In this document: in pieces, positions 28,823 through 42,600 of the stretch
Layout: each line of letters begins with the position of its first letter
Numbering within the stretch: the stretch's first letter is position 1
Source: Lytechinus pictus
Lineage: Eukaryota
NCBI RefSeq assembly: GCF_037042905.1
Contig: NC_087251.1
Coordinates: forward strand, 39,060,001-39,124,000
Reading direction: 5' to 3'
Length of the DNA stretch: 64,000 nt
The notes under the pieces: generated by a model
Told to the model about the DNA's origin: nothing
Database searches by the model: none
What the model saw: the letters and a program-made list of their open reading frames with translations, nothing else
Program-made: the position numbers and the translations under genes

Positions 28823-29756
28823 AGTGTATAGAGTAAATTAATTCTAAGGATCGATCATTTTTAAATCTCAAATGATTTCATATCAAAATGCATCGGGCTT
28901 TAAAACTAAATATTCATGTTTCAAGCTAGATCCAGAATTCGATTCGTCCTTGACTACAATNNNNNNNNNNNNNNNNNNNNNNNNNNNNNNNNNNNNNNNN
29001 NNNNNNNNNNNNNNNNNNNNNNNNNNNNNNNNNNNNNNNNNNNNNNNNNNNNNNNNNNNNNNNNNNNNNNNNNNNNNNNNNNNNNNNNNNNNNNNNNNNG
29101 TTTACATACACCCATGGAATTTAGTGAAATTTGTTCGCTTGCCAAACATCGTAAAATTTACTTTATCTTCAGAAAAAAATACCACCATGACGAATTTGGT
29201 ATCAAAATAATAAAAGAGCATGTTAATCTCTTTCACATAATTGGAATGCCATTGGGATTAAAGTATATTTCAGGTGGAATTATCTTTGAATAAAAAATAA
29301 TATTTGTTCCAAATGTATTATGTTTGTTGTTTTATTTTCAAACATCGTTTCATAGAAATATAAAATGTCAAATCTTTGATTTATATAACATTTTCTATCA
29401 TGATATGTCACCATTGAACAAAAAAGTGTAATAAAAAATTTTTGTGTTGAGAATTAACTAGGTGACAAATATGAAATGTTTTTGTTAAGTTTTTATTTTT
29501 GATTTTTCTAAAATATGAAGATTTGGGGGCAAAAATGACACCTAAATATTTTTTAGCAACTGATGACAAAGCAATGTAATGAAGGGGCATGACATACTCA
29601 CTTGTTTGATATCAAATTCGTCATGGTAGCACAAAATTTCATAAGATACTGTACATTTTATGATTTTTGGCAAGCGAACAAATTTTGATATGAAATCATT
29701 TGAGATTTAAAAATGATCGATCTTTAGAATTAATTTACTGGATTTACTCTACACTG
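28823..29756. mobile_element. MITE with long TIRs, spanning N gap 28960-29099
   Basis: agtaaattaattctaaggatcgatcatttttaaatctcaaatgatttcatatcaaaat is inverted at about 29682-29739. Confidence 0.6.
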
Positions 29757-31270
29757 GATATGGATCACAGTTAAAAAAGAGCCTATTATGTTTAATTATC
29801 ATTACTTTGAGTCTTGACATAGGACCGGAACATTCTAAGAACATTATGTATATATATATATATATATATATTCAATAAAGAAACATCTAAGAAGGGTAAA
29901 AAAAGTATCCATGTATTTGTTTGATAAATAAGACTGATAAAAAATCTGACAATGTCCCCTTCCTCCCTTTCTTCTCTTTCTCCGCTTAGCTTCATTCCCT
30001 AAAATGCGTCTATCACTATATAATGATATGAATGCGTATGCCCTAAAATAATCCTGATGTGGAGGACGTGTAATGAAAAGTATTTTCAGGGTGAATTTTG
30101 CGACTTTACAAGAAAACTTATTTTGATCGCGTGCCGGTCGGATCTATATTTCGCAGTTTTCCTTTCCTTTTCTCCCCTTTTCTTCTCTCTTTCTTGGTCA
30201 TAGAATTATTTTTTGGGGGGGTATACGGCTCCCAACCCTCATCTTTATGCCAATGTTTACATCTATTTTGGTAATACCAGTCCTACTACTTTAGTGAGGG
30301 TGATTTACCATCAAATTCCTTCAGATATATTGAAATCGAAACTGATAAAAAAATCAGATCAAACGTTTCCTTGCAATAACAAAAAAATTTTAAGCTCCGC
30401 TCTTGTAATTAAGCATCATAATTTACTCAGGGGCGGATCCAGGAATAGGATTTCCCGGTAGGATTTTCCAAGGGGGGGGGGGTTCCGAAGAAAAATGAAA
30501 CAAGCTAAAAAAAATCCGCCAGTGACCATAATAATACCCAGCTTACCATTATAAAAGCTGCTCCATCTTTCTTTAAAGTTACCAGAAACAAAAGCTTTTA
30601 AATTTGTCCTATTTTTTCATTAATTGTCAGTGTATGCGAGCCCGTAGCTTAATCTAGGGAGTAGGGACGTACTGCCGCGTCTTAGAAAGAGTTTCATTAA
30701 CATAAAAGTCATCTAAAAAATAAGATTTGACAACTTTCTTGATTTTTTTTTAATGGGAAGCACAGGCGTATTGCTTTGCCTATATTAACTATCGAGTAAA
30801 ACGACGGAGATGTATTGCTGTATTTCTATTAACATAAAACAGATCCTACTGTCGGATTAAAATATCCAACAACAACAAATCCTTGTAACGCTCCCTAGCT
30901 CGAGCTCAACCTATTAAGTAACCTTGTGAAGTTCTTTCAGCCCTGAGGAATGTTTCATCAACATTTGTCATCCGACAAGTTGTCAGGTCTGGCAAGTTTC
31001 TTGATTTTAATTGATTGCAAGTGTCTGTTTCTACAAAATATCCGAAAAGTTATTTCATGAAATCCCCAGGGCCCAGGTCTGAAGAGTCTTTTGCTCTCAC
31101 AGCACTTTTTATTTCCCATTTTCTTCGCCCTAGATAAGACACCATAGAAAGATTGACACGAAGGAATTTGAGAAAGCGCATCCCGAATACTGAGTCGGTA
31201 TTTCCTCCTTCATTTATCGGCATTTTCTAAGAGTTGGGGAGCAATCTGTGGTAAAAGAAAGGTTTTTAAA

Positions 31271-33425
31271 ATGCCAAGCAAGAAGAAGAAGTACAACGCA
31301 AGATTTCCACCTGTAAGTAACAACGGTTATTCATAAATGTACACTAGACCATCGTGTCCACGTAGCAGCGGCCCTCGATTCCCGACTGGCCGACCGATGC
31401 GTGATGCCTGCATGCAACCGGCTTGGGGCCTTGACCGCGGGGAAGCTTCAGGCGGTGTTTCGGCGGCGCGGCGGAGCTCGAGATCTTGAACTTTTTTGAA
31501 GATGTGCCGGCTTTGTCTGACTGAAAATTCGAACGATAACGTCAATAGCAGAGCCGAAATATAGCCGATCGCGATATTTAGGAAATGAAAAAATGAAAAT
31601 CCATATTTTATTGTTCGAAATAGACGTGAAATGAAATACTCCGAAAATTTGCTTTGCCCAATTGATCATGGGCCCGGCAGCCGCTGTGCAGCGCCAGATC
31701 GACAAGGCTCTATGTCTATCCCTTTAATCATTGAACGCCGAATAGGGTAGCAGCAACTCCCATCTTTTAACGTCTTTTGGTCTGACGCGGCCGGGGTTTG
31801 AACCCCCAACCTCCCGGTTGTGAGACGGACGCTCTACCAACTGAGCCAACACACCGGTAACAAAACTGGGCATATTGTTTATTGACCTCGAAATGTGACT
31901 GATACCTCGTCTTAACCTAGAGTCTACTGTTTTGGCCTGAAATGCACCAAAACTGGGAAAAATTTAAAAGGGAAAAACTGACTTACTTCGGCTGTCACGC
32001 AACTTCACTTCCCTGTTTTATTTGAACTTAATACATAAACATATGGGGCCTGTTGCATGACGAGATGAGCGATACGTAGGAACGTCCTAGGACCATTCTT
32101 CCGAGATATAAAGATTGGCGACAAATCAGCGCTTTCCGTTTCACGAAGGCAATTTTGTCTTCCAAGTCCGCGACATCATTTGATATCGATAGTATCGGAA
32201 AAATATTTAGTCTTCAACGTCACCTGAACATGTTATTTCTGAATGACGACTTTACATAAAATCCGATATTTCAATAAAAGGAGATCAAATAATGTTTTAT
32301 TTATTACTGATAGTAGAATTGATGTATGGAGCTTACTTTATGAGGTTAAAAGAGAAAAAACTTTAAAGATTCACAAACATAACTAAAATAAAATTGAAAT
32401 TTTCATTATTTCCCTTATTTAGAACACGGTGTCTTTTTAGAGACACCTTTTATTGATATTTCAACGAAAGAGACCCTTGTCCGACATAAAAATTGATTTA
32501 ACTATGTAATTTCGACATTTATTAGTTCAATATTCTGTATTTTTATAGAATACTTGTATATAATGATAATTGTGCAAATTATGTGTTAATATGTTATTTG
32601 TTGAGGTAAATATAGGGTTTGAATGGAGTAAGCAAAATCAACAGTGTCTGATTGTATGAGACTAAGAAGGAAAATATGAGATACGAGATGGCGGACACGA
32701 AAGCAAAAAATGCATTGCAGAAAAAAATTGAAGTCAACAACAAATTATCTTTAACAGAAATAAAACATCTCATTTTCAAAAGATACACTCTAGAATGGCA
32801 AAAAAGATGGAATGAATCCCATCGCCTACTTAAACTATACCATCCCACTGTTAACTCTCCCTTTTTTTGTTCCCTAAGTAGATTCCACGAAACCATTATC
32901 CACAGACTCCGTTTTGGTGTAATAGGATTGAACTACGATTTAAAAAGACTTAATATACACCCCACGGGACTTTGTGATACATGTAGGCCCAACAAATTAG
33001 AAACAGTTGAGCATTTTTTAATCGAGTGTCCCAAATATATAATAGAGAGAGCCATGCTACTTACAGAAACAAATCTATCAACCCCCCAAAAAATAATGGA
33101 TCTCTTAAAGAGTACTAAGGTAGAAACCCAATCTGCATTGGTCCGTTTCGTTCTCAGAACGAAACGATTATAAAGTCTGAATTTTCTCCGCCCCCTAATT
33201 TTGTATTTTTTATTTATTTATTTATTCATTATTATTAATTTTTTTTTCTACAAGAGTTAAATCTATGAAAGGGAGACACAAAGCAGAAGAAGATGCAGAC
33301 ACATGGTCGATTTTTACTCACTTTCCTATGGTCCTATACATTTTGATTATATATGTCATTTTACTACATCGACAACAGATAGCCCGTAACCGTAACGCGG
33401 AGCTCAGCGATCGTCGTGGATCCTG

Positions 33426-33464
<39 letters not shown>

Positions 33465-33614
33465 CCCTTATTCTTTTTTCCCTTCCTTACCCTTTGCTAA
33501 TTATCTGAGTTCTTTAATTTGGTAATTTTGTCAGGGGGGACAGAAAGGAGTTAAGAATGAAGAGAGAAGTTTTGTTGTTTATTTGTTTGGTTTTGTTTTC
33601 AAGTTTGTTTGCTT

Positions 33615-33654
<40 letters not shown>

Positions 33655-36600
33655 CACTTTCCTCCCATACTTTAGTTTTCGGTGTCCCGAAACCTGAAGT
33701 TTTATCAGGCCACAAATCCAGTTTACTTTTGTTTTCTCTATTGCAGCTTAATGTAGCAGAAGAAAATACAACGTGCTGCAAGAAACAGAACGCATAAAAA
33801 AAAGAAAAAAAAGGAAAATTCTTATTTTAAAAGGACAAAAAATACAATATGTCTATATAAGAAGAAAAGAAAAGAAAAGAGAAAAAATGAAACAAGAAAN
33901 NNNNNNNNNNNNNNNNNNNNNNNNNNNNNNNNNNNNNNNNNNNNNNNNNNNNNNNNNNNNNNNNNNNNNNNNNNNNNNNNNNNNNNNNNNNNNNNNNNNN
34001 NNNNNNNNNNNNNNNNNNNNNNNNNNNNNNNNNNNNNNNNNNNNNNNNNNNNNNNNNNNNNNNNNNNNNNNNNNNNNNNNNNNNNNTGAAAATGAACAAA
34101 AGCTGTGGCAAAAATAGTCAATCCTGACTGGTTGCCAACCAAGGAAAGAAGAAGAAGAAGAAGAGGCTGCATGTGAAAAATCTAATTTATTTATTTTATT
34201 TGTCAGATAAAATGCAAGAAATACAATGTGAGTGTTTAGAGTATAAACATACCTCAGTTGCATGATGAGTAACATAAGAAAATGAAAATATGAAAATTGC
34301 TGCAAACATGTCCAAGTGGATAAAGTAGTACTTTGCAATAATAATTAAAACATAGAAAAAGGTGTGAATCAATCCGCAATGGAAAAAATACTTTTACAGA
34401 AATAATGCTAAATATGACAACAATCATAAACGCTGGTCATATTTAAAGATGATCACTTATTTTATGGAAGTTTATATTATAGATATATGGACTGCTTTGA
34501 GAGGCATGGTTGTTTCTAGAGGCTCAAGGGGACCGCAACGCGACTATGCCCGAGGGCTTTGCCCGAGGGCATGGTCTGGCCGATGCGGTACCCGCGAGCC
34601 GAATTGAAACAACCATGTCTCGAATATAAAAGCAGTCCATATATATTTTATGAACCGAATTATTAAACATAAACGTTAGGGCTTGGTCTAGGTTTAGATC
34701 AAGTAAAACTAAAACAAAAAAGCCTGCCCCTGGCCTAGGCCCAAGGCTAACGTAAGGTCTAGGCCCTTACTTAGCCCTGCCCTGAAGTTAGGTCTCAAAT
34801 CGAATATCAAAGCAGTTCCCGAGCAGTTCATACCGATAGGCCCTACTAGGCCTAGGCTAGATATTTTTAGGAACCAAATTAGGGTCTGATTCTGAATAGG
34901 GTCTAGGGCCTACAGTGTAGCTAGATCTAAAGTTCAGTCTTAAAATTTAGACTAGAGTATAATCTAACGTTAGATCTAGTCGACTAAACCTACGTCCTAA
35001 CGTTAGATCTAGAGTCTACTCTTAACTTCTAAGCTAACGACAATTAACATTAGATCTACCTGTCCTAACGTTGTCGTTTGTCAATACCTAACTGTCCCAG
35101 GCTAAGGTTAAGTAACGACATGAACGAGTTAAACGTTTATTGTTAGAAAGTGCAGTGACCGTCTAATCTTTTCACCTGACTCACCTTTTGCGAGCATGCA
35201 TTTGAGCGAACTTCCCCAAGACTTGATGATTGATATACATCCGTTATGTCCTTAATAAGCTAGTTTTATTTTCAATAAATGCCATATATTTTAACAGGAA
35301 TTAACAAGCAAAAGTCAAAGATCGGCATCGTTCCATCGATATGTCATATCCGTTGCGCGCACTTGCGCAATAAGCGCGTAAATGCGCGAATTGTTTAAAA
35401 CTTTCGATCAAATCGCGCGGATATTTATGGTATCCGTAATCACCGCAGAAAGCAACATTTTGCATGCAATCAAATGGGGATTTCAGCCAAATTTTGCTAT
35501 GCCCGTCGTTAAGGGGCGGATCAGGGGGCAACGGGCAGAAATCTTGTTAACTATGCCCGTTGCCCTTGGTTACCACCTTAGTTTGTTGTTTTGAAGGCAT
35601 GGTTGTTTACATGACCTCAGTTTTGACCAATCAGAGGAACGGATTATTCGACATTCTTAAAGAGAGGTTTATAAAAGAATATAAGGTTTAAGAAATAACA
35701 TAAAAGATTAAAAATGCGCCTCTTCGTATGGACTTTCCATAATCTTTTCTTTAATGAACTTATCTTCATTTGTAATGATTGTGATGGATTCGTAAGCTAT
35801 AGGCTTAATCTGTATCTTAAATTCAATATTAGCTGCAGGTTTTTTGTTTTGTTTCACTGTTTCAAATCCAACAATTAATTTTCATTGATTAAAATAAATC
35901 TCAGCAAAAAAAATAATTATAAGGAAAATAAAATAAAAATAAATAAATGATTTAGCATGTTTAACATCTTAGTTTTGTTTGTCTTGTTTTTTTTTTTGCT
36001 GAATGTTATTGAACACGTTTTTTACCTTACATAATTTCTTTTAAAGAAATTTGTTGTTTATTTTTAATGAGAAAGCATGAGGGGTCGGCTAAAGAGATAT
36101 AGTGCCGCCCATTTCAAGTATTTCAAGTTTATTTTTTTAATAGAAAAGGGGTGGGGATAAGACAGAGGGAGAATAGAAGAAAACATATTTTAAAAATATG
36201 ATTTGGCCCTATACATTACCTCCGGGAATAATACATGTACCCCGGAGAAGTTAAAATGACATCCGTTTTTGGTCGTCCTGCCGTGCAAAAAGACGACCTG
36301 AAATTGATGACAACTAGCCCCCATATAAAAAATAACTTGGCGCCATCCCAGATAAAATGCATCAGAGTGCAACCAAAAAAATGTTTAGAGGTGATATGTC
36401 AGTGTGGCTTGCCTTAAATGCATTTTCTCTCAATGCCGACGGTGGCGGGCGGTGTGCAAAGAAGATCATGCCTACGTAGGACATGTCTGGAGGTGTCTTT
36501 CCAAGGACCATTCTTCGTATCGCCCAAATCGGCTTTGTGAAACAGTTGAGCGATATCTCGTTCTTACGTAGAATGGTCCTACGAAAGACCCTTGCATGCA

Positions 36601-39600
36601 ACAGGCCCCTGGCCATTTAGTCCCTGTACAGATCGAGCTAGAACTTTGGTCTCTATATTTGGTGAGTGGAAACAACGGAGTTTAGCGGAACAGCCAACAT
36701 AACAGAGACCGAAGCTTTTGGTCTAGTCTTAACCTAGCCTTGAGGACTCCATGATGATGTTTTTTAAATATTTTGACATATACTTCTCCATCCTGATCAT
36801 TGAGTCTTGAATCGCTTGCCATATATGTATAAGAGACTGACCAAAACATAGATGGATTTCCCTAGGAAATCCATATTTAAAGGGTGAAATCAGTTTATAA
36901 GTGTGAATTCTATTGATATTTGAACCTTCATACGCATTAGGCGTTTGACCTATTGTATTAGGCGTATTGGTTAATAAAAAGGTGAAAATTTTAAGGTTTC
37001 TTACCAGACTGATCTCGTGTAGATCCCTCGTTTGTCAACAAAGCAAATACAATAGGTCTGACCCTTGAAGTGCTTCATTATGACGTACATTCGATTAGCG
37101 ATGTTACAAAATGCCGTTTTGAAGAACAATTTATAGATACAAATTATTATTTAACAAATACTAAAATTTAATACGTGATTATATGTACGTCATAACGAAG
37201 CGGTTCAAGGGTCAGACCTATTGTATTTGCTTTGTTGACAAATGGATCGAGGGACCTACAAGAGATTGGTCTGGTAAGAAACCTTAAAATTTTCACCTTT
37301 TTAATAACCAATTATTGGAACCTTCATACGCCTAATGTGTATGAAGGTTCAAATATCAATTAAATTCACACTTATAAACCGATTTCATCCTGTATATATG
37401 GATTTCCTAGGGAAATCCATCTTTGTTTTGGTCAGTCTCTTGTACATATATGGCAAGCGGTTCAAGGCTCCATGATGGAGAAGTATATGTCAAAATATAA
37501 AAAAAACATCATAAATGTTTGGCCTGCTCAGACCAGGGTGGACGCGAGGTGGAAAAACAACTCTACTACGCGAACGCCCGAATGCATGTTCTAACTTCTA
37601 TTAAGACGCGATCGGAGTACAGTCTGAAAAGCTCTCCCCTCCCATTCCTTTATCCTTTTCTCTCTCTATTCCTCATTTCCTCCCCCCTCTTCATTTCCTT
37701 TCTCTTTTTCTTTCCCTCGCTTAAGCATGTTTCTTTTTTCTCTCTATCATTCTTTTCTCTCATTTATCTTTTTTACCCCGATTTTCTCTCCTTTCTCCTT
37801 TCCCTTCTCTCCCTTTTTTATCTTTCCTTTTTTTTAATTTCATATCTCCCTTTCCCTTCATTCCTTTTTCTTCCTTATTTCCTCTTCCCCTCATCGTTTT
37901 TCTTCCCTTTTCCTTCACCTTTCCTTTCCTCTTTTCTTCGCTTCCTTTCACTCCCCTCTTCTTTTCTTTTCTCTTTTTCCTTCCCTTAGTTTCATTCTCT
38001 CTTATTTCTCCCCTTTCTTTTTCTCTCCCTCTCCTTTTCTCTTTTGCCATTTTTTCTGTCTTTTCTTTTTCTCTCCTTTCTTTCCCCCTCTCCCTTTCAT
38101 ATATGTCTTTATTCACTTTTTTCTTTCCTTCTTTCCCATATTCCATTCCTTTCTTTTCCTTCTCTTTCTCTATTCCCCTTTCCTTTTCCTCCCCTCCCCT
38201 TCTTTCTTTTACTTCTCTCCTTTTCCTTCCTTCAATTCTACTTTTGTCTGTCTCTTTTTTTTTTTTTTGGGGGGGGGCATTCATTACCATGGAAACCTTA
38301 CCAGGGTAGGATTTTTAAGTGAGTATCTGTTAAGACGGAGCAAGGAGGCTACCACCTGTGGTTTTATCACCTCATTGAGGAATTCCACCCCCCCCCCCTT
38401 TTTTTCTACCCGCCCTCTGCTAGGGCACTGTCTATTAAAATGGGGCTTGAGAGACTTGCCATGACATTTGCAAACAATTTCTTGTGGGGAATCTCGCTAA
38501 AAGTTGGCCTCTGCAAAATAGCAATTAACGCAAATTAGACCTATTAGTCATGCCCAGCTGCTAGCCATTATTATGCAAGACCAAAGAAAAGTGAATAATT
38601 TTGGTCAAGTTTTCTGTCAATTTTGTCATGCCTGCTGTCTTTAGCTTAAGTCAAATATTTAATTGTTGAATTGAAATATGATTTTGACTGCCAGGTCCAA
38701 AACAAAGACTATATGATAATTTACACCTGTTTTGCTCTGTAGCTCTGAGTTTCATTCATCAGAGCTATCCGTGCACAGGGTTTGGTCAGGCTAGCTTTTG
38801 TCAATGTCATGATTGTTCAGTTTTAATGTGATAACGATGTGAGTTATTAAAATCCTTTTTTCATTTCTTTGAATTTCAGGCACGAATCAAGAAAATTATG
38901 CAGAAAGATGAAGATGTTGGAAAAGTGGCAGCTCCTGTGCCTGTGCTTATATGTATCCTTTCTTACTTGTGTGCATTTTGGCATGTTGAGTAATAATAGA
39001 TATCAATGTATTTTCTGTATTCTTTTGTATGAGTTTATTGCCCCCCATTTAACCAAGCAGTTTTGTATTTTTTCCCTTGTTTTAGGGCCTCCACTGCGGA
39101 TGCTGCACTTTCCGATTAAAAATAAATGCATGCGCGTTTTGATGTCAACAGTAATTGTCATGCAATTCAACATGACATAGGATTAAAATGTACAAAAGAG
39201 AAGCATAAAACAAAAAGTCTTACATTAATTTAGCATTACAATGAATCTACGATTAATGAATTTACAAATAAGATACTTTGCTTACCTGAACAATGTTTCT
39301 GATTTTACAGGATTTCGGGAGCCATATTTCCATGCTCATTCGCGGAATTCACGAAAAACGGACGCATTCCAAATTTCTAGTGGGCGACAGACTAAAATTC
39401 TTTAAAAGTCTTTGCACTGACTACTGCAATGTGATAAAAGTAAGAATTAAAATAGCCACCCCTAGACAAAAGTAAGATGAACCTGTCGTGGAATGCCGAA
39501 CGCGGGTGATGTATTTGAATAAGAATTAGAGCATAAAAACTTGATAACTTCTTGAAATAAGAGTTTTTAAAGCTTGGCATGTGCTGGAAGGTAGAAAATG

Positions 39601-42600
39601 TGTTTAGAATCATTTCAAAATTACTTTACACTTAGCAAAATATTTTCAAGAATAAGCAAACGCAGAGAGAAAAAGTGATTTATGACATCATCAGCTCATG
39701 AATATTCATCATATCCCATGATACGGTGATGTCATTTTACGCAACTAGATTCACGCGAACAGTCGTTAAATTGACCTGAGTTTTTTTATATGCCATGATG
39801 TGAGTGTAGACATTATGCCCATGAAAGGCTTGTATCTTTAGTCTTAATATGAAATATAGGCCTACATGTATTTGAAAAGGGAATGGGCACTGAATAGTTC
39901 TCTCTCTCTCTCTTGATGTTATATTTGATTTGTTTTCTCTTTGTTTCCTGCCATCACTCTCTCCATCTCGACACTCGCTCCCCCTCTCTCTCTTTAATTC
40001 AATCAATAATTACATATTATTTAATCATTTTCAATTCCTCTCTGTGTTTTGTCCGTTTCTTCATTCTCTTTACTCGGTCTCCGAAAATATATCACAATAA
40101 TTTTGACTTGAGTTATAGGCCTACGCTGACACCTTCGTAATTTTGAAAGATTGGTATAATGACAATCATATATCACATATTACTCTATTTCCACCTCAAC
40201 ACTACTATATCAGAAGCGTAATGAGCAAAAAAAAAAGGTTTTGGAACGGCCCGCCATGTATAAACTAGTAGTCTCAAATTATCGGTGATTAGTTTTTGTC
40301 TCGCCCACCAGAGATGAAGGCGTGTGTATGGTGGGTAGTTGATTCTAATAAATGGGGTGAAAATAATCACAATGGATGGTCAATGTGACATTATATCGTT
40401 GAGTAATCTTGCCAATATTTATACATTTTTTTTCTCTTCATAGTTAATTTTTTTTTATCAAGCAATAACCATTAATGGATTTTCTGTCGACAAATTCGAG
40501 CCCATCATGCAATTTTAACATGATTTGTTTCCATTTTCTATGTTAAAGTCTTTAACTCCAAACTTCAAACATCAGCCAAAGCCTTGGAGATCTTTGTCGA
40601 AGGTCTTATAACAAAAGCATCGCAGGAAACCCTCTCAAGGAATGCAAAGACTCTTACCACGTCTCACATGTAAGTGATAGATGATTGTTAAAAAGATTTC
40701 ATGAATTTTGAGTGCACTATGGAGCATTCTGACGATGACACATGGAAGATATTTTATTCTGAGTTACAGAACAGGTTCAACGATGTAGCCAATAGCGAGT
40801 GTGTGTGCAAGTCACATGTTCATGCTTAAAGGGATGGTCCAGGCTGAAAATATTTACATGTACAGTACCAGTCAGCAATCTTTGAGTACACGCGGTGAGC
40901 CATTTCCGGCCGTCGCAGCGTATTGACACTCGAATGTCACGCTAGAGCACACTCTGTCATGTCTTCGCGTGTTCTGATTTTTGACACTCGGGGTGTGTGT
41001 ATTGTTTACCGAGTGACAAGTGTAGAAGTGACACTCGGTTGGCGCTTGTGTGTCCGCTCGCTCTAGCCAAGTGTCAAGTGTAAAAAATCATTGCAGGTTA
41101 CCAGAATTTTTGATGAAGAAATTGACTCGTTGAATATAAGTTGATTTGTGAAGAATTATATCGAATTGGACACTCTTTTATAATGCTTTTGCGACTATCG
41201 GTTTCACTTTTGGCATCAACGAGTCAAAAACAATGGAGAAGACGACAATACAGGTACTTAACACCAATAAAGGAACGTCTTTGAACTTCCCCGAAGCTTT
41301 TATAAGGGAACAATATTGATTATTGACTAGGCTTGTAAGTACAGTATTAGCATAGCCGCCGTTTATGAAACTAGGACAATAGGTAGGTAAGCTGCATGTG
41401 ATAAAATGATACAATATTAGGCGGGAGATGCGTGATGATGAACAGAGAAAAATAACACGTCAAAAAGGAGTTATGGAATTAGGGGTTATTATGCTCTAAC
41501 GAAACGCTGACTTATGACATCATGATTGACACTTTTTTTGAGGGGGGGGGGTGTATTGCAAAGAACATCCTCTTCAAATGCATTCATGTAAGCGTGGATT
41601 CTACATAGACAGAAAAATAGTTGAATGCTCAAGGAAGGATAAACTTAAAGTTTTTTATGAGGTCAAGATGGTCTCCTTTGTTTTCAAACTATACAACAAC
41701 GACGCCTAAAGGCCAATGAAAATCATCACAAATCCATGTCTTGAATGACTTTTCGAAAAATCTTAAACGAAATGTCATTTATTCTCTTTGTAAAACATTC
41801 TTTATGCAATGCACACAAGGAAAAGTATAGTACTTGTAGCGCATTAATCATTGCATGACTTAGACTTCAAGTCGTAATCTTCGTTTTAATAAAAAGAGAC
41901 ATATGATTTTACCATGTTTACATGCATGAAGGTTTGTCCGAATCACTCTGTTTTTACAATAATATTCTATCGTCAATAATCAATGGCAGTGTTCACTTTC
42001 CTTCACTGGATTGGAATGATTGGAATGTCTATTTATAATTCTGAAACAATGAATTCGATGGTATTTCGAATACATAGGCCCGAATACTTTCTGCAGAGAA
42101 GGAGTGGGGGGGGGGGTAATCTTACGTTTTTATTACGTCATAATAAATTTCTCATCTTTTTCTTAAATCCATAACTCGGACCTACTCAGGAATGTTCGGG
42201 ATTTTATGTCATTCGTTTTGGCCAAACCAGTGAAAGAACTATAATTGACCATAAAAGAAAAACAACTTGATCCCCTTTAACCTGAATCTGACTTTTCCCT
42301 TTATTACAATCATCAGCAGGAACATGATTTTAACTTTGATATAGACTCTGTCAGAGAACTTTTGTTTTCTTGGTATTCTTTTGTGGCCGCTTCACAGACT
42401 TTTCATCCAGTTTGTCGAAATGAGGGATGATTGGTACGCGGCATTTCTTTTGCTTTTCATTGGCGGGTGAAACCTGAATGGGACAATGGGCGTAATCATG
42501 CACGACCCAAGCGGTGATTGGGCGAATCTTTAAATGGGCGGGAAATGAAGCTGTGATCAAGGGTCATTATTACAGTGAATAGATCTATGATCTGTTATGA

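Larger units (their letters stand above)
32046..36608. mobile_element. PIF/Harbinger-like non-autonomous element with nested insertions
   Basis: TIR gggcctgttgcatg / catgcaacaggccc; 3-bp flanks atg/ctg; subterminal aggaccattct repeats at both ends. It spans N gap 33900-34086, so continuity is assumed. Confidence 0.55.

Noticed and set aside
31785-31857. tRNA gene
   Set aside because: Has A and B boxes but runs into a SINE body with no proper acceptor stem or T-run terminator; the same applies to 63000-63074.
28872-34338. ORFs containing X runs
   Set aside because: Artefacts of the N gaps at 28960-29099 and 33900-34086.
37519-38322. F/L/S-rich and K/E/R-rich ORFs (also 50723-51136)
   Set aside because: Products of polypyrimidine/polypurine low complexity.
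41170-41420. Possible transposase remnant near the left TIR
   Set aside because: Short stop-ridden frames with no recognisable DDE, HTH or zinc-finger motif.
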